Of a stretch of DNA of 57,741 bases, positions 43,782-52,963 are shown piece after piece (positions within the stretch are counted from its first letter, which is position 1; each line of letters opens with the position of its first letter). A model generated the notes under the pieces. That model ran no database searches and had not been told where the DNA came from. It saw only the letters and a program-made list of their open reading frames with translations. A program made the translations under genes and the position numbers. This stretch comes from Methanobacteriota archaeon (lineage in GTDB: Archaea > Thermoplasmatota > Poseidoniia > Poseidoniales > Poseidoniaceae): contig CATFLP010000067.1 of NCBI GenBank assembly GCA_949514915.1, positions 1 through 57,741 of the forward strand, given 5' to 3'.

Positions 43782-45491
43782 TTAACTTTCAAAGTTTTCT
43801 TTGCCCCATTTGAAATCGATTAATCTAAGTAAACCAGCGCCTAATAGTGTGATTCCTGCTGAAATTGCAAAAATTGCTCCGAATCCAGCACGTGTTTCAA
43901 CTGACACATCAAGAGGACCCGTACTATTTGCACTAATTCCTTCTGCCCTTATTGTTTCTGCCCAATTCTGAATTAAGGCTGTATCTCCTTGTGTAAATGA
44001 TAATACAAATAATAGTAACAATGGGATTACGGTACCAACCCAAAACCAAACCATAATTGATGCATCAAATATCGCTTTGTTTGGTCTAAGCCCCATTAAA
44101 AATGCAGTTAAAGAAACTATGTAAATACTATTAGCAATCATTACAATAAATGCCCCTGGAAGAGTCCACCAAGCATCTAAATTCCAAGCCATTAACACAA
44201 GGAAAATTACTGAAATCCAAGTAGTTGAAAGAAAATAAACAGTAACTTTAGCACGAATAACTTCAGGAACACTAACAGGCAGACCATCGTAATGCGCAGG
44301 AGAATCTATTGCAGTTAGCCATGAATAATAATTAAATCCAAAAAATCCTAAAAATGGCGCATAAGAAAGTAAATTTACAGGAATTGGAGCTTCTGCAAAA
44401 TCAACGGCCCAAGCCATTAACAATAATACTGCTAATGGAATTGAGTATGACACAATCATTTTTTTTACAGTCCCACTACGAATTAATTCTACAATTTCTT
44501 TCGTAACTAATAATCTTAATTTTGTATTTTTCTTACCGCTTTTTATAATTCCTAGTGTCAACCACCCCATTGGTCCCCAATCTAAAAATCCAAGTCTCTT
44601 ATGAACTGGTAAAAATAATTCATCCCGCTCTATTATTTGATGTTCAAAATCATCAGAAACAAGGAACGAACCTATCAAGGCTAGTGAAATGCTAGTAATT
44701 AATCCCAAAGGTAACCATTTCAAATCATGGGTGTATTGCCATTTTAAACCAATTATTAAAGATTCAAAAGGTAAATAATTCAAGGCAAAAACTAATGTTG
44801 ATAAAAAAGCTATCAAAGGTACTAATTTCGAAAAATAACCTCCTCTTGTCCAAACTGCAGAGCCTAAAAATGATATGGCAAGACCTTGTGATAAAGTCAA
44901 AATCATTCCAAGAAATGTAACATACAATGAACGAGGTTTAATTGGAAATAAACCAGTTTGAGTTGTAGAAAAAACAGCAATTGCCATTCCTGTTACTACA
45001 GGAATTAAAATTAATAAAATGTAAAATGTAACCTCTTTAAGATAATATGAAAAATAAGTTACTGATAATTTAAGTGGCTGTAATGCAGGAGCTGCCAACA
45101 AATAATTTAATCCACCTGCCCTTTGAGAAATCATTACCCTACCAATAAATGCAAAGGTACCTAATCCTAAACTTCCCATGAATAAAAGAACATGTAATGC
45201 CTGTTTCATTTCGTCCCAACTAAATGCTCTATTTTCCTTTACTGGATTTATCGAATCTGGAACTCCTTCTCCAACTAAAAATGGAAATCCAAGAGTAATT
45301 AGCATTGAAAACAACGCAAGTAAAGCTGGAAATAAAAGAACATGTCTTTTCTTAGCAAAATCTATGTTTTGACGCCATTCTTCTCTAAACATCATGTTAA
45401 ATGTAATCCCAACAGAACCAAACAACCCTGGTTCAAGATATTTGGAAAATTCTGATTCTTTGTCTTCATTAAATGATTGAGTCAAACTCAC
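43782..45491 (-). CDS. Large polytopic membrane protein, probable ABC-2-type permease partner
   Basis: 569 aa with at least 10 hydrophobic segments. The 4-nt overlap with the upstream ABC ATPase gene suggests coupling. Confidence 0.6.
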   Translation of the reverse strand: MSLTQSFNEDKESEFSKYLEPGLFGSVGITFNMMFREEWRQNIDFAKKRHVLLFPALLALFSMLITLGFPFLVGEGVPDSINPVKENRAFSWDEMKQALHVLLFMGSLGLGTFAFIGRVMISQRAGGLNYLLAAPALQPLKLSVTYFSYYLKEVTFYILLILIPVVTGMAIAVFSTTQTGLFPIKPRSLYVTFLGMILTLSQGLAISFLGSAVWTRGGYFSKLVPLIAFLSTLVFALNYLPFESLIIGLKWQYTHDLKWLPLGLITSISLALIGSFLVSDDFEHQIIERDELFLPVHKRLGFLDWGPMGWLTLGIIKSGKKNTKLRLLVTKEIVELIRSGTVKKMIVSYSIPLAVLLLMAWAVDFAEAPIPVNLLSYAPFLGFFGFNYYSWLTAIDSPAHYDGLPVSVPEVIRAKVTVYFLSTTWISVIFLVLMAWNLDAWWTLPGAFIVMIANSIYIVSLTAFLMGLRPNKAIFDASIMVWFWVGTVIPLLLLFVLSFTQGDTALIQNWAETIRAEGISANSTGPLDVSVETRAGFGAIFAISAGITLLGAGLLRLIDFKWGKENFES

Positions 45492-46240
45492 TCCTCCTCA
45501 TTAATAGATTGTCCTACTAATCGAATAAATACATCTTCTAATGTTTCTGAGTCTGATTCCTTAATCTCTGAAATTTTTCCACTTGCCAATACTTTCCCAT
45601 GATCAATTATTGCTAATCTTGTGCATAATCTTTCAGCAACCTCCAGAACATGACTACACATGAAAATTGTACCACCTTTGGCGACATGGTCTAATAACCA
45701 AGTTCTACATTTACGTTGATAAATAGGATCTAAGTTTGCAAATGGCTCATCTAAAAATAACAATCTTGGTTCATGAATAAATGCACAAGCCAACATAACT
45801 TTTTGACGTTGTCCTTTTGACAAATCCTTACACATTGTATCTCTTTTATCCGTCATACCAAACCAATCTAGCCAATGAAGTACTTTATTTGATAAATCAT
45901 CTAATCTTCTTAGCCTACCAATGAAATAAAGATATTCATAAGGAGTTAAGTAAGATGGTGGAGATTCAGATTCAGGAACTATACCGATGTTGGCTTTAAG
46001 TCTTTGAGGCATTTTTTTAACATCTATTCCCAATACTTCTGCAGTTCCCAAACTACTTTGTAATTGTCCTGTTAATAATCTAATAAATGTCGATTTACCT
46101 GCTCCATTAGGACCAAAAACACCAAAAAATTCTCCTGAAAATACTTTTACATTTAGAGGATGTAAAGCGATAAAGTCGCCAAACATCTTGCTAAGATCTT
46201 CAGTAATCACCAATGGCTCATTAGAATTAATAATCATCAC
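45488..46240 (-). CDS. ABC transporter ATP-binding protein
   Basis: Walker A GPNGAGKST, signature LSKGQRQKV, Walker B LLFLDEPFANLD, H-loop CSHVL. Confidence 0.9.
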   Translation of the reverse strand: MMIINSNEPLVITEDLSKMFGDFIALHPLNVKVFSGEFFGVFGPNGAGKSTFIRLLTGQLQSSLGTAEVLGIDVKKMPQRLKANIGIVPESESPPSYLTPYEYLYFIGRLRRLDDLSNKVLHWLDWFGMTDKRDTMCKDLSKGQRQKVMLACAFIHEPRLLFLDEPFANLDPIYQRKCRTWLLDHVAKGGTIFMCSHVLEVAERLCTRLAIIDHGKVLASGKISEIKESDSETLEDVFIRLVGQSINEEE

Positions 46241-46246
46241 CTCAAA

Positions 46247-47101
46247 TTATCTTCCTTTCCACTCAGGGTCTTTCTTTTCTAGAAAAGCTGTCACACCAAT
46301 CTCTTTATCTTCAGTATCAAATAAGTCAGAAAATACTCTTAATTCTTTTTTAATTCCTTCATCAATTGGTGAATTTAAAGCCATTCTAACTGCTTTTTTA
46401 GCAACCTTCAGAGTATGACTTGATTTTGAACCAATTGTAGATGCTAATTCAAGTGTCATATTTCTAAGTTCATCAGGAGTACAAATATGGTTGACTAATC
46501 CGAATGAATATGCTTCTTCGGCATCAATAAATTTTCCTGATAAAATTAATTCCAAAGATTTCCCATAACCAACTAAATGAGTTAGTCTTTGAGTTCCTCC
46601 TCCTCCTGGAATTAATCCTAAATTTATCTCTGGTTGACCGAAAACAGACCTATTTGTTGCAATTCGTATATCACAAGACATTGCTAATTCGCATCCACCC
46701 CCTAAAGCGAAACCATCAATCATTGCAATTGTAGGTTTTTCAATTTTCCAAACTGCTTCCCAACAGTTATCTGAAAAAATCTCAAAAATTTCTTCTGACT
46801 TCTTACCTTTAAAATCGGTGATATCTGCACCTGCAACAAATGAATTTGGTTTACTTCTTTTCCCTTCTAAAGGAGGATTTGGAGCCGCACCAGCAAACAC
46901 GACAACACGTATTGATTCATCTTTCATCACCCTTTTTGAAGCTTCTTTAATAGCTGAAGTTACTGATTTATTTAGTGCATTTAATTTGTCTGGGCGATTA
47001 ATTGTTAAAATCACAATTCTACCTTTTTTCTCATCATTAGAATCAATAAAAATCGATTCCTCTAACAGAACATCCTGCTCTTGGTCTGCATCCATATACA
47101 A
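46247..47101 (-). CDS. Enoyl-CoA hydratase/isomerase family protein
   Basis: RPDKLNAL, FVAGADITDF, IDGFALGGGCELAMSCDIRIA, GQPEINLGLIPGGGGTQRL and GVTAFLEKKDPEWKG. Confidence 0.85.
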   Translation of the reverse strand: MYMDADQEQDVLLEESIFIDSNDEKKGRIVILTINRPDKLNALNKSVTSAIKEASKRVMKDESIRVVVFAGAAPNPPLEGKRSKPNSFVAGADITDFKGKKSEEIFEIFSDNCWEAVWKIEKPTIAMIDGFALGGGCELAMSCDIRIATNRSVFGQPEINLGLIPGGGGTQRLTHLVGYGKSLELILSGKFIDAEEAYSFGLVNHICTPDELRNMTLELASTIGSKSSHTLKVAKKAVRMALNSPIDEGIKKELRVFSDLFDTEDKEIGVTAFLEKKDPEWKGR

Positions 47102-47150
47102 GCGGAACTGGTGGGGTTTGAATATAATTGCCTTGTTTAGATTATTATTT

Positions 47151-48092
47151 TTATTTCAAAGGTGGCAATGGTGGTAAACCTTCAAGAGGAGGTAAATCTG
47201 CTAAATCGAGAGGAGGTAAGCCTTCAATAGGTGGCAATTGGCCATCAATTAACGGCAATGGTGGTAAATCTGGCAATTCTAGTTTCTCTTGAACATTCGA
47301 ATCTACTTTTCTAAATCCTTCATCTAATGGAAATCTAAATTTTAAAACTTTATTTTCATCAATCCTTACATAAGTAGCACCATATGGTCGACCAGGGGTT
47401 ACTTTTTCTGGTTCTGAAAGAACGATTAAACCATGATCATTACGAGATAAAATAACCGTTAAATCTTCACGTTTATCTTTTTCATTCCACATTCTAGCTT
47501 TGGAAGCTCTTATCTCTGCCATTTGGTTGCGTCTACGCTCTTCAATTCTTTTTCTTATTCTATCGTGTACACTACGTCTTTCTCCAACAGCATTTACAAT
47601 TTCTATATCTTCAATAGAATCTGCATTTACATCAACAACATATTCGGTCGCAACATGATATTCGTCTACTTCTTCGACTACTTCGACTACTTCTATCTCT
47701 TCCTCCAAAGCCAACTCCTCATCAACTTCATTATCTATTTCTGCTTGAGCTAAAGCATTTTTATTTGCAATCTTAGCTAATTTAAGTTCTCTTAATGTAG
47801 TTGCATCTTGATTTTTCATTGTAACTGGTTCAGGTAAATCATCATCATCATCATCATCTAATTCAATCTCATCTAAATCATCATCAATTAATGTATCTGA
47901 AGGACTTTGAGTTGCTTTTCTACGAGTTCTTTTTTGGGGTTTCCCACTGGGTGCAAAGAAGAATAAAGCTGCACAAAGTACTATCCATCCTGCGAATAAA
48001 TATTTTATATCATCCTTCCAATTTTCTTTATTTATTAAGAAAAAAACTATTGAAAAAATCAATAGACAAAATAACAAAAGTTTCCTTCGCAC
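47151..48092 (-). CDS. Hypothetical membrane-anchored protein with acidic middle and Pro/Leu-rich repetitive C-terminus
   Basis: GTG start, two N-terminal hydrophobic helices and a poly-D/E stretch. The C-terminus is LPDLPPLPLIDGQLPPIEGLPPLDLADLPPLEGLPPLPPLK. Confidence 0.55.
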   Translation of the reverse strand: MRRKLLLFCLLIFSIVFFLINKENWKDDIKYLFAGWIVLCAALFFFAPSGKPQKRTRRKATQSPSDTLIDDDLDEIELDDDDDDDLPEPVTMKNQDATTLRELKLAKIANKNALAQAEIDNEVDEELALEEEIEVVEVVEEVDEYHVATEYVVDVNADSIEDIEIVNAVGERRSVHDRIRKRIEERRRNQMAEIRASKARMWNEKDKREDLTVILSRNDHGLIVLSEPEKVTPGRPYGATYVRIDENKVLKFRFPLDEGFRKVDSNVQEKLELPDLPPLPLIDGQLPPIEGLPPLDLADLPPLEGLPPLPPLK

Positions 48093-48147
48093 TGTATTGC
48101 CCCCCCTGCTAGGCCCTATTCATTCAAGGTTTTGACTTTGACGCAAG

Positions 48148-48756
48148 TTATTTACTTGTATTTTTAAAACTTAATAATACTTCATCTAATGCCTTTTTTC
48201 TATGCGAAAATTTTTCTTTGGCGCCTATATCAACTTCACCAAATGTTAAACCATTTATTGAATTATTTAAATAATCAAAAGGAGTGAAAATTGGATCATA
48301 TCCAAATCCATTTTCTCCTCTAATACTATCAACTAATCTTCCAGGACAAATTCCACTTCCTCGATGAATTATTTTTCCATCCCAAAGACAAGCTGATGCA
48401 CGAAAAGATGCATTAAGTGATTCTGAAAAATTAATTAATTTCAATATGCCTTCACAACCTATTTTTTCAAGGACGTATGCACTATATACTCCTGGAAATC
48501 CATCTAATGCTTCAATAAAGAAACCTGAGTCTTCAACTAATAATGCATCATTCTCTTTTCCAATGCTTTTCAATAATTCAATACCCTGAGTGATTTTTGC
48601 TTCTGCAACTTGCTCCAAAGTATCACATTGTGGTTCAATGATTTCTGGAATTAAACCATCAATTACGAACTGTTCAACATTAAAACCTAATGGAGAAAAT
48701 GCATGTTTTGCTTCCAATAATTTCCCCTTGTTACCTGTCATAAACCATAGTTGCAT
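48148..48756 (-). CDS. rdgB: Non-canonical purine NTP pyrophosphatase (RdgB/HAM1 family)
   Basis: FMTGNKGKLLEAK, EDSGFFIEALDGFPGVYSA, FGYDPIF and SHRKKAL. Confidence 0.85.
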   Translation of the reverse strand: MQLWFMTGNKGKLLEAKHAFSPLGFNVEQFVIDGLIPEIIEPQCDTLEQVAEAKITQGIELLKSIGKENDALLVEDSGFFIEALDGFPGVYSAYVLEKIGCEGILKLINFSESLNASFRASACLWDGKIIHRGSGICPGRLVDSIRGENGFGYDPIFTPFDYLNNSINGLTFGEVDIGAKEKFSHRKKALDEVLLSFKNTSK

Positions 48757-48836
48757 TATTACATGCTAGAGAATTAGGCTGATGAATCAACCGATTCATG
48801 GAATAGATTATTGATTATATTCCCAAACGCAATATT

Positions 48837-49220
48837 GTGGACCCAAAGGATTTGTTGTTAGTAGCGATTGGTGGGGCTTTAGGTGCAAGCCTAAGATATC
48901 TTGTTATTCTATGGGTTCCAACAGATGGGTTCCCATGGTCTACACTTAGTGTAAATCTAATTGGTTCATTCATATTAGGAATTATAATTGGCCTGGGTAC
49001 AAATCAATTACTTGATGAAAAAACAACACTAATGATTGCTACAGGTATACTTGGAGCATTTACTACTATGTCCACTTATAGTATGGATACTATTACATTA
49101 TGGGAAAATGAAAAAATACTAGCAATCCTCTATATTATTGCTACAGCAATAATAGGGCCAATTCTTGCATTAATTGGAATGGAAACTGTTAATTCTGGAA
49201 TAATTTTTAATAAAAATTAA
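48837..49220 (+). CDS. crcB: Fluoride ion channel CrcB/FEX family
   Basis: 127 aa with four TM helices, GGALGASLRYLV, NLIGSFILG and GAFTTMSTYS. GTG start. Confidence 0.85.
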   Translation: MDPKDLLLVAIGGALGASLRYLVILWVPTDGFPWSTLSVNLIGSFILGIIIGLGTNQLLDEKTTLMIATGILGAFTTMSTYSMDTITLWENEKILAILYIIATAIIGPILALIGMETVNSGIIFNKN

Positions 49221-49894
49221 TCATGGTATCTTACTCTTCCTTTAATTTGCTCAAATCTAGTTATTACCTCTTTAGAAGTAGGTATTGTACCTCCTGCAAA
49301 TTCATCTAGATCTGATTCTTCTAAATTCAAATATGATTCAATAATTTGTTCCATAGCATTAGGAAACATTGGGTGTGTTGCTTGCAAACATTCATGTAAT
49401 ACATGAAAATCTAATCCATATGGTTCTACTTCGAATGTCGATTGAGATAATCCATAATCAATTAAGGTAATCTCTCCTAATGAATCTAAAATTATATTTG
49501 TGGTTGTTAAATCTCCATGAGTAATGCCACAAAGATGTAAATTCCTCAATAATTTACCTAATTCATTGAATATTTTCCTAGAAGTTTCCAATGACATCTC
49601 AGAATTTAAACTCTTAACAAGTGGTTCTCCACCTACTCTTTCCATATACAAAATTCCATCATTTAAATTCAAATGATAAATTGAAGGGCAAGAAAAATTT
49701 AGTTGTTGTAATTTTAATAATGTTCTTGCTTCACTTGTTAATCTTGATTTGGTTAATCTTGAATCTAATTCAGGATGGCGCCAAGTTCTAGGTCTTCTAT
49801 GTTTTTTTACCGCAGATTTCCCCATCCAATATCCACTAGTCACAATTGCTTCAGCACCTTCATGCAACTTTTCCTGTTCGATCCAGACTTGCAA
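49217..49894 (-). CDS. bud32: Bud32/PRPK-type Kae1-associated atypical protein kinase (KEOPS subunit)
   Basis: GAEAIV, KKHRRPRTWRHPELDSRLTKSRLTSEARTL, the catalytic loop HGDLTTTNIIL, and LIDYGLS. TTG start. Confidence 0.8.
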   Translation of the reverse strand: MQVWIEQEKLHEGAEAIVTSGYWMGKSAVKKHRRPRTWRHPELDSRLTKSRLTSEARTLLKLQQLNFSCPSIYHLNLNDGILYMERVGGEPLVKSLNSEMSLETSRKIFNELGKLLRNLHLCGITHGDLTTTNIILDSLGEITLIDYGLSQSTFEVEPYGLDFHVLHECLQATHPMFPNAMEQIIESYLNLEESDLDEFAGGTIPTSKEVITRFEQIKGRVRYHD

Positions 49895-49951
49895 ACTGCC
49901 TCACCTTGTACACCCCTAGAGGCGATGTGTTCAAAGCAATGATGCTTTAGG

Positions 49952-51127
49952 GTGTCATTGAGGATGCATATGGCAATCAGTCTTCCTGTATGTGAAATTG
50001 ATCCTTTAGAACGAAGCAGAGGGTTGACAAATAGTGAAATTGATGAGAGAATTACGGCAGTTAAAAAAAGGTTAGGTGAAAGACTTTTAATTTTAGGACA
50101 CCATTATCAAAGAGATTCAATTATTCAACATACTGATTTAATCGGAGATTCATTTTTATTATCGAGAATGGCAGCAGATTCAGATAGCGAATTTATTGTT
50201 TTTTGTGGAGTACACTTCATGGCAGAAAGTGCCGACATATTGACTAATGATCATCAAAAGGTGATTTTACCAAATCTTAGAGCTGGATGCTCTATGGCAG
50301 ATATGGCAAATTTGAAAGATGTCACAGAATGTTGGAATTCATTAATTGAAAAATTTGATCTTCTTGATCCAATTCATAGAGAAAATCCTAATTTACCAGC
50401 ACCAGAAAATGAAAATTACTTGATTCCTATAACTTATATGAATTCAAGTGCTTCATTAAAGGCATTTGTTGGTTCTCATGGAGGTGTTGTATGTACATCT
50501 TCGAATGCTGAGGGAGTATTAAAATGGGCATTTGAAAGAGCTGGGGAAAATGGAAAAATACTCTTTTTTCCCGATCAACATTTGGGAAGAAATACTGGAT
50601 TATCAATGGGCTTATCTCATGAAGAAATGGCAACTTGGACTCCAAATGATAAACCTGAATGGGATTTGTTAGAACAATCAAAAATAATACTTTGGCATGG
50701 TTATTGTTCAGTACATAGAAGGTTTTCAACTACTCAAATTTCAGAATTTCGAGAAAAATTTCCAGAGGGCCTTGTTGTAGTCCATCCAGAATGCAAAACT
50801 GACGTGGTAAATGCTGCCGATTCTACAGGAAGTACTGAATTTATTCGAAATTTTGTTAAAAATGCACCAGATGGAGCAATTATTGGCGTTGGTACCGAAA
50901 TAAATATGGTTCAAAGATTAAATGAAGAATATGAAAATAAAGATGTTTCCTGTCTTGATCCTTCAATATGTCCATGCTCTACAATGTATATGATTCACCC
51001 AATTTATCTCTTAGATGTGTTGGAAAGAATAGAATCTGGAGAAATTCCAAATCAAATTATTGTTCCAGAAGATGAAAAGAAATCTGCATCAATTGCACTT
51101 AATAGAATGTTGAGTATTCTGAAATAA
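49952..51127 (+). CDS. nadA: Quinolinate synthase NadA
   Basis: ILGHHYQRDSIIQHTDLIGDSFLLSR, FCGVHFMAESADIL, CSMADMA, VVHPEC and GTEINMV. The start is GTG 49952 or a nearby ATG. Confidence 0.85.
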   Translation: MSLRMHMAISLPVCEIDPLERSRGLTNSEIDERITAVKKRLGERLLILGHHYQRDSIIQHTDLIGDSFLLSRMAADSDSEFIVFCGVHFMAESADILTNDHQKVILPNLRAGCSMADMANLKDVTECWNSLIEKFDLLDPIHRENPNLPAPENENYLIPITYMNSSASLKAFVGSHGGVVCTSSNAEGVLKWAFERAGENGKILFFPDQHLGRNTGLSMGLSHEEMATWTPNDKPEWDLLEQSKIILWHGYCSVHRRFSTTQISEFREKFPEGLVVVHPECKTDVVNAADSTGSTEFIRNFVKNAPDGAIIGVGTEINMVQRLNEEYENKDVSCLDPSICPCSTMYMIHPIYLLDVLERIESGEIPNQIIVPEDEKKSASIALNRMLSILK

Positions 51128-51129
51128 TT

Positions 51130-51498
51130 TCACCAAGCTCCATGAACATATGGCTTACCATCATCAGGGTTCTCATTTTTACAAAGCTTGTACAACCTTT
51201 CAAATGTAAATATTCCACTGTTACATCCTTGAGGAAATTCAAATTTTAAAGCATAACTTCCAACTTTACTAACTTGTGGCTTTTCAAATAAAATTACATC
51301 TATATTTGATTTTAATTCTGATGCAGTATCTTCATCATCTCTAGATGGAGAACATTTTGCACATGGACACCAGTATAGGAGTGTCTTATAACTAAGTTCA
51401 AATTCATGATTATCGGACCATGAAAGTAACATAGTTTCTTCCTTTCTTTCTAAACGAGTTAAATTTGGAAACTCAGAACTATTAGACATAAAACTCAT
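51130..51498 (-). CDS. DUF971-family protein (gamma-butyrobetaine-hydroxylase-like N-terminal domain) with CPCxxC motif
   Basis: LLSWSDNHEFELSYKTLLYWCPCAKC and VGSYALKFEFPQGCNSGIFTFERLYKL match DUF971. It lies 1 nt downstream of the Mrp-like gene. Confidence 0.7.
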   Translation of the reverse strand: MSFMSNSSEFPNLTRLERKEETMLLSWSDNHEFELSYKTLLYWCPCAKCSPSRDDEDTASELKSNIDVILFEKPQVSKVGSYALKFEFPQGCNSGIFTFERLYKLCKNENPDDGKPYVHGAW

Positions 51499-51499
51499 C

Positions 51500-52537
51500 T
51501 CAAATAATTTCTAATTCAGAATCAGAATCTCCAGAATTTAAAATATCCCTGAGGTTTTTTACCACCTCATCAAAAGCAAGTGCTGAAATCCCATCTGGTT
51601 CAGCAACAATTCTGTGTACTCCATCATCTCCACTTCTCACAATTCCTGGATCAAATGGAATTTTTCCTAAAAATGGAACTGAATAATCTTCAGAAGCCTT
51701 TTCTCCGCCTCCTACTTTGAAAATGTCTAATGATACATTCCAATTTCCTTTATCGTCTGTAATTACCTCGTGAGTCTTTCCACCTGGGCCATTTACCTTC
51801 AAAGTAGTATTTTTCAACATATTACCATCAGCATCTAATACAGTTCCATTTACTGTATATCCACTCATATTTTCTACAATTCCAAGTACATTCATTTTCA
51901 ATGATTTAGCAAAATTTATCGATTTTCTAGAATCTAACAATGCAATTTCTTGTGGTGTAGTAACAATTACTATTCCATCTATATTTTGTAATGATTGGGC
52001 TACAGTTAATGGTTCATCTGAAGTTCCTGGAGGAAAATCAATTATCAAATAATCTAAATTACCCCATTCTACATCTCCGATAAACTGTTGGATTGCTCCT
52101 AATTTAATGGGCCCCCTCCATACAACAGGAGTGTCTTCTGCTTCTAATAAAAAGGCCATGGAAATTACTTTCACACCTTCAGGCCCTTCTGCTGGATGTA
52201 TTCTACCTTCATCTACATGTAATCTATGATTTTCTAAACCAAGCATTTTAGGCACATTTGGTCCAGTAATATCAATATCCATTATTCCTACTTTATTTCC
52301 TTCTTTAGCTAACGACAATGCAAGTCCAGTAGATACTGTAGACTTACCAACCCCTCCTTTTCCAGACATCACCATTATTTTATGCTTGATTGATGAAGAT
52401 AACTTCTCCATAGCCATTCTTCTTTTCATTTGACTATATGCTGCTTCCATTTGTTTTTGTTGTTCTGCAGTAGGATTGTTATCCTTAGAACCTTTATCAG
52501 AATCTGAAGGATTGTGTATCGATAATGGATTCGACAT
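51500..52537 (-). CDS. Mrp/NBP35/ApbC-family P-loop ATPase, cysteine-free, with insert replacing the CxxC segment
   Basis: Deviant Walker [28 protein letters not shown] and VENMSGY. The expected CPxC region is replaced by [46 protein letters not shown] (~51720-51865). The 345-aa translation contains no Cys. Confidence 0.8.
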   Translation of the reverse strand: MSNPLSIHNPSDSDKGSKDNNPTAEQQKQMEAAYSQMKRRMAMEKLSSSIKHKIMVMSGKGGVGKSTVSTGLALSLAKEGNKVGIMDIDITGPNVPKMLGLENHRLHVDEGRIHPAEGPEGVKVISMAFLLEAEDTPVVWRGPIKLGAIQQFIGDVEWGNLDYLIIDFPPGTSDEPLTVAQSLQNIDGIVIVTTPQEIALLDSRKSINFAKSLKMNVLGIVENMSGYTVNGTVLDADGNMLKNTTLKVNGPGGKTHEVITDDKGNWNVSLDIFKVGGGEKASEDYSVPFLGKIPFDPGIVRSGDDGVHRIVAEPDGISALAFDEVVKNLRDILNSGDSDSELEII

Positions 52538-52562
52538 AATAACTGCTAAAAGTCATATATTT

Positions 52563-52928
52563 TCAATTATCTGTATTAATTGTTCTAAATATGATTAATG
52601 AAATTAGCAACGGTACTAATCCTGTGAAAAATATCCAAATTTCAAAATTCATATCATTTACTGCATACCAATAACCAATTGAATAAATTATTGAAAAAAA
52701 TGTTGATACTTTAATGAGATTTAATTTTGTTAAAGCGTCATCTAAATTTGAAAAATATAATGCTATTAATGTATGGAAATGGCTGCAGAAAAAGAGTGAA
52801 TAAGCAACTAAATTAAATAAATTCCAGAAATTTAAAGCAGCAAAAACAATGTGTAATAAAAAGAATAACCAAAATATGGTTGAGGCAAAAATTAATCCAC
52901 GGAACTTTGCTAACATTGTATCGTTCAC
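52563..52928 (-). CDS. Hypothetical small membrane protein
   Basis: 121 aa with four hydrophobic segments. No motif recognised. Confidence 0.45.
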   Translation of the reverse strand: MNDTMLAKFRGLIFASTIFWLFFLLHIVFAALNFWNLFNLVAYSLFFCSHFHTLIALYFSNLDDALTKLNLIKVSTFFSIIYSIGYWYAVNDMNFEIWIFFTGLVPLLISLIIFRTINTDN

Positions 52929-52963
52929 GATTAATGCTGTGAATAATTTTATTTCAAATTAGG

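Noticed and set aside
48757-48836. Possible fluoride riboswitch upstream of crcB (GGCUGAUGAAUC string and a 7-bp hairpin AUGAAUC-AACC-GAUUCAU at 48782-48799)
   Set aside because: The GCUGAUGA-like string resembles the 3' half of the crcB motif. The complementary 5' elements (GGxGAUGG.., the AACxGCC linker, the pseudoknot partner) are absent upstream, and the order of elements is wrong. It is more simply a leader hairpin in a divergent promoter region. A cmsearch with the fluoride riboswitch model would settle it.
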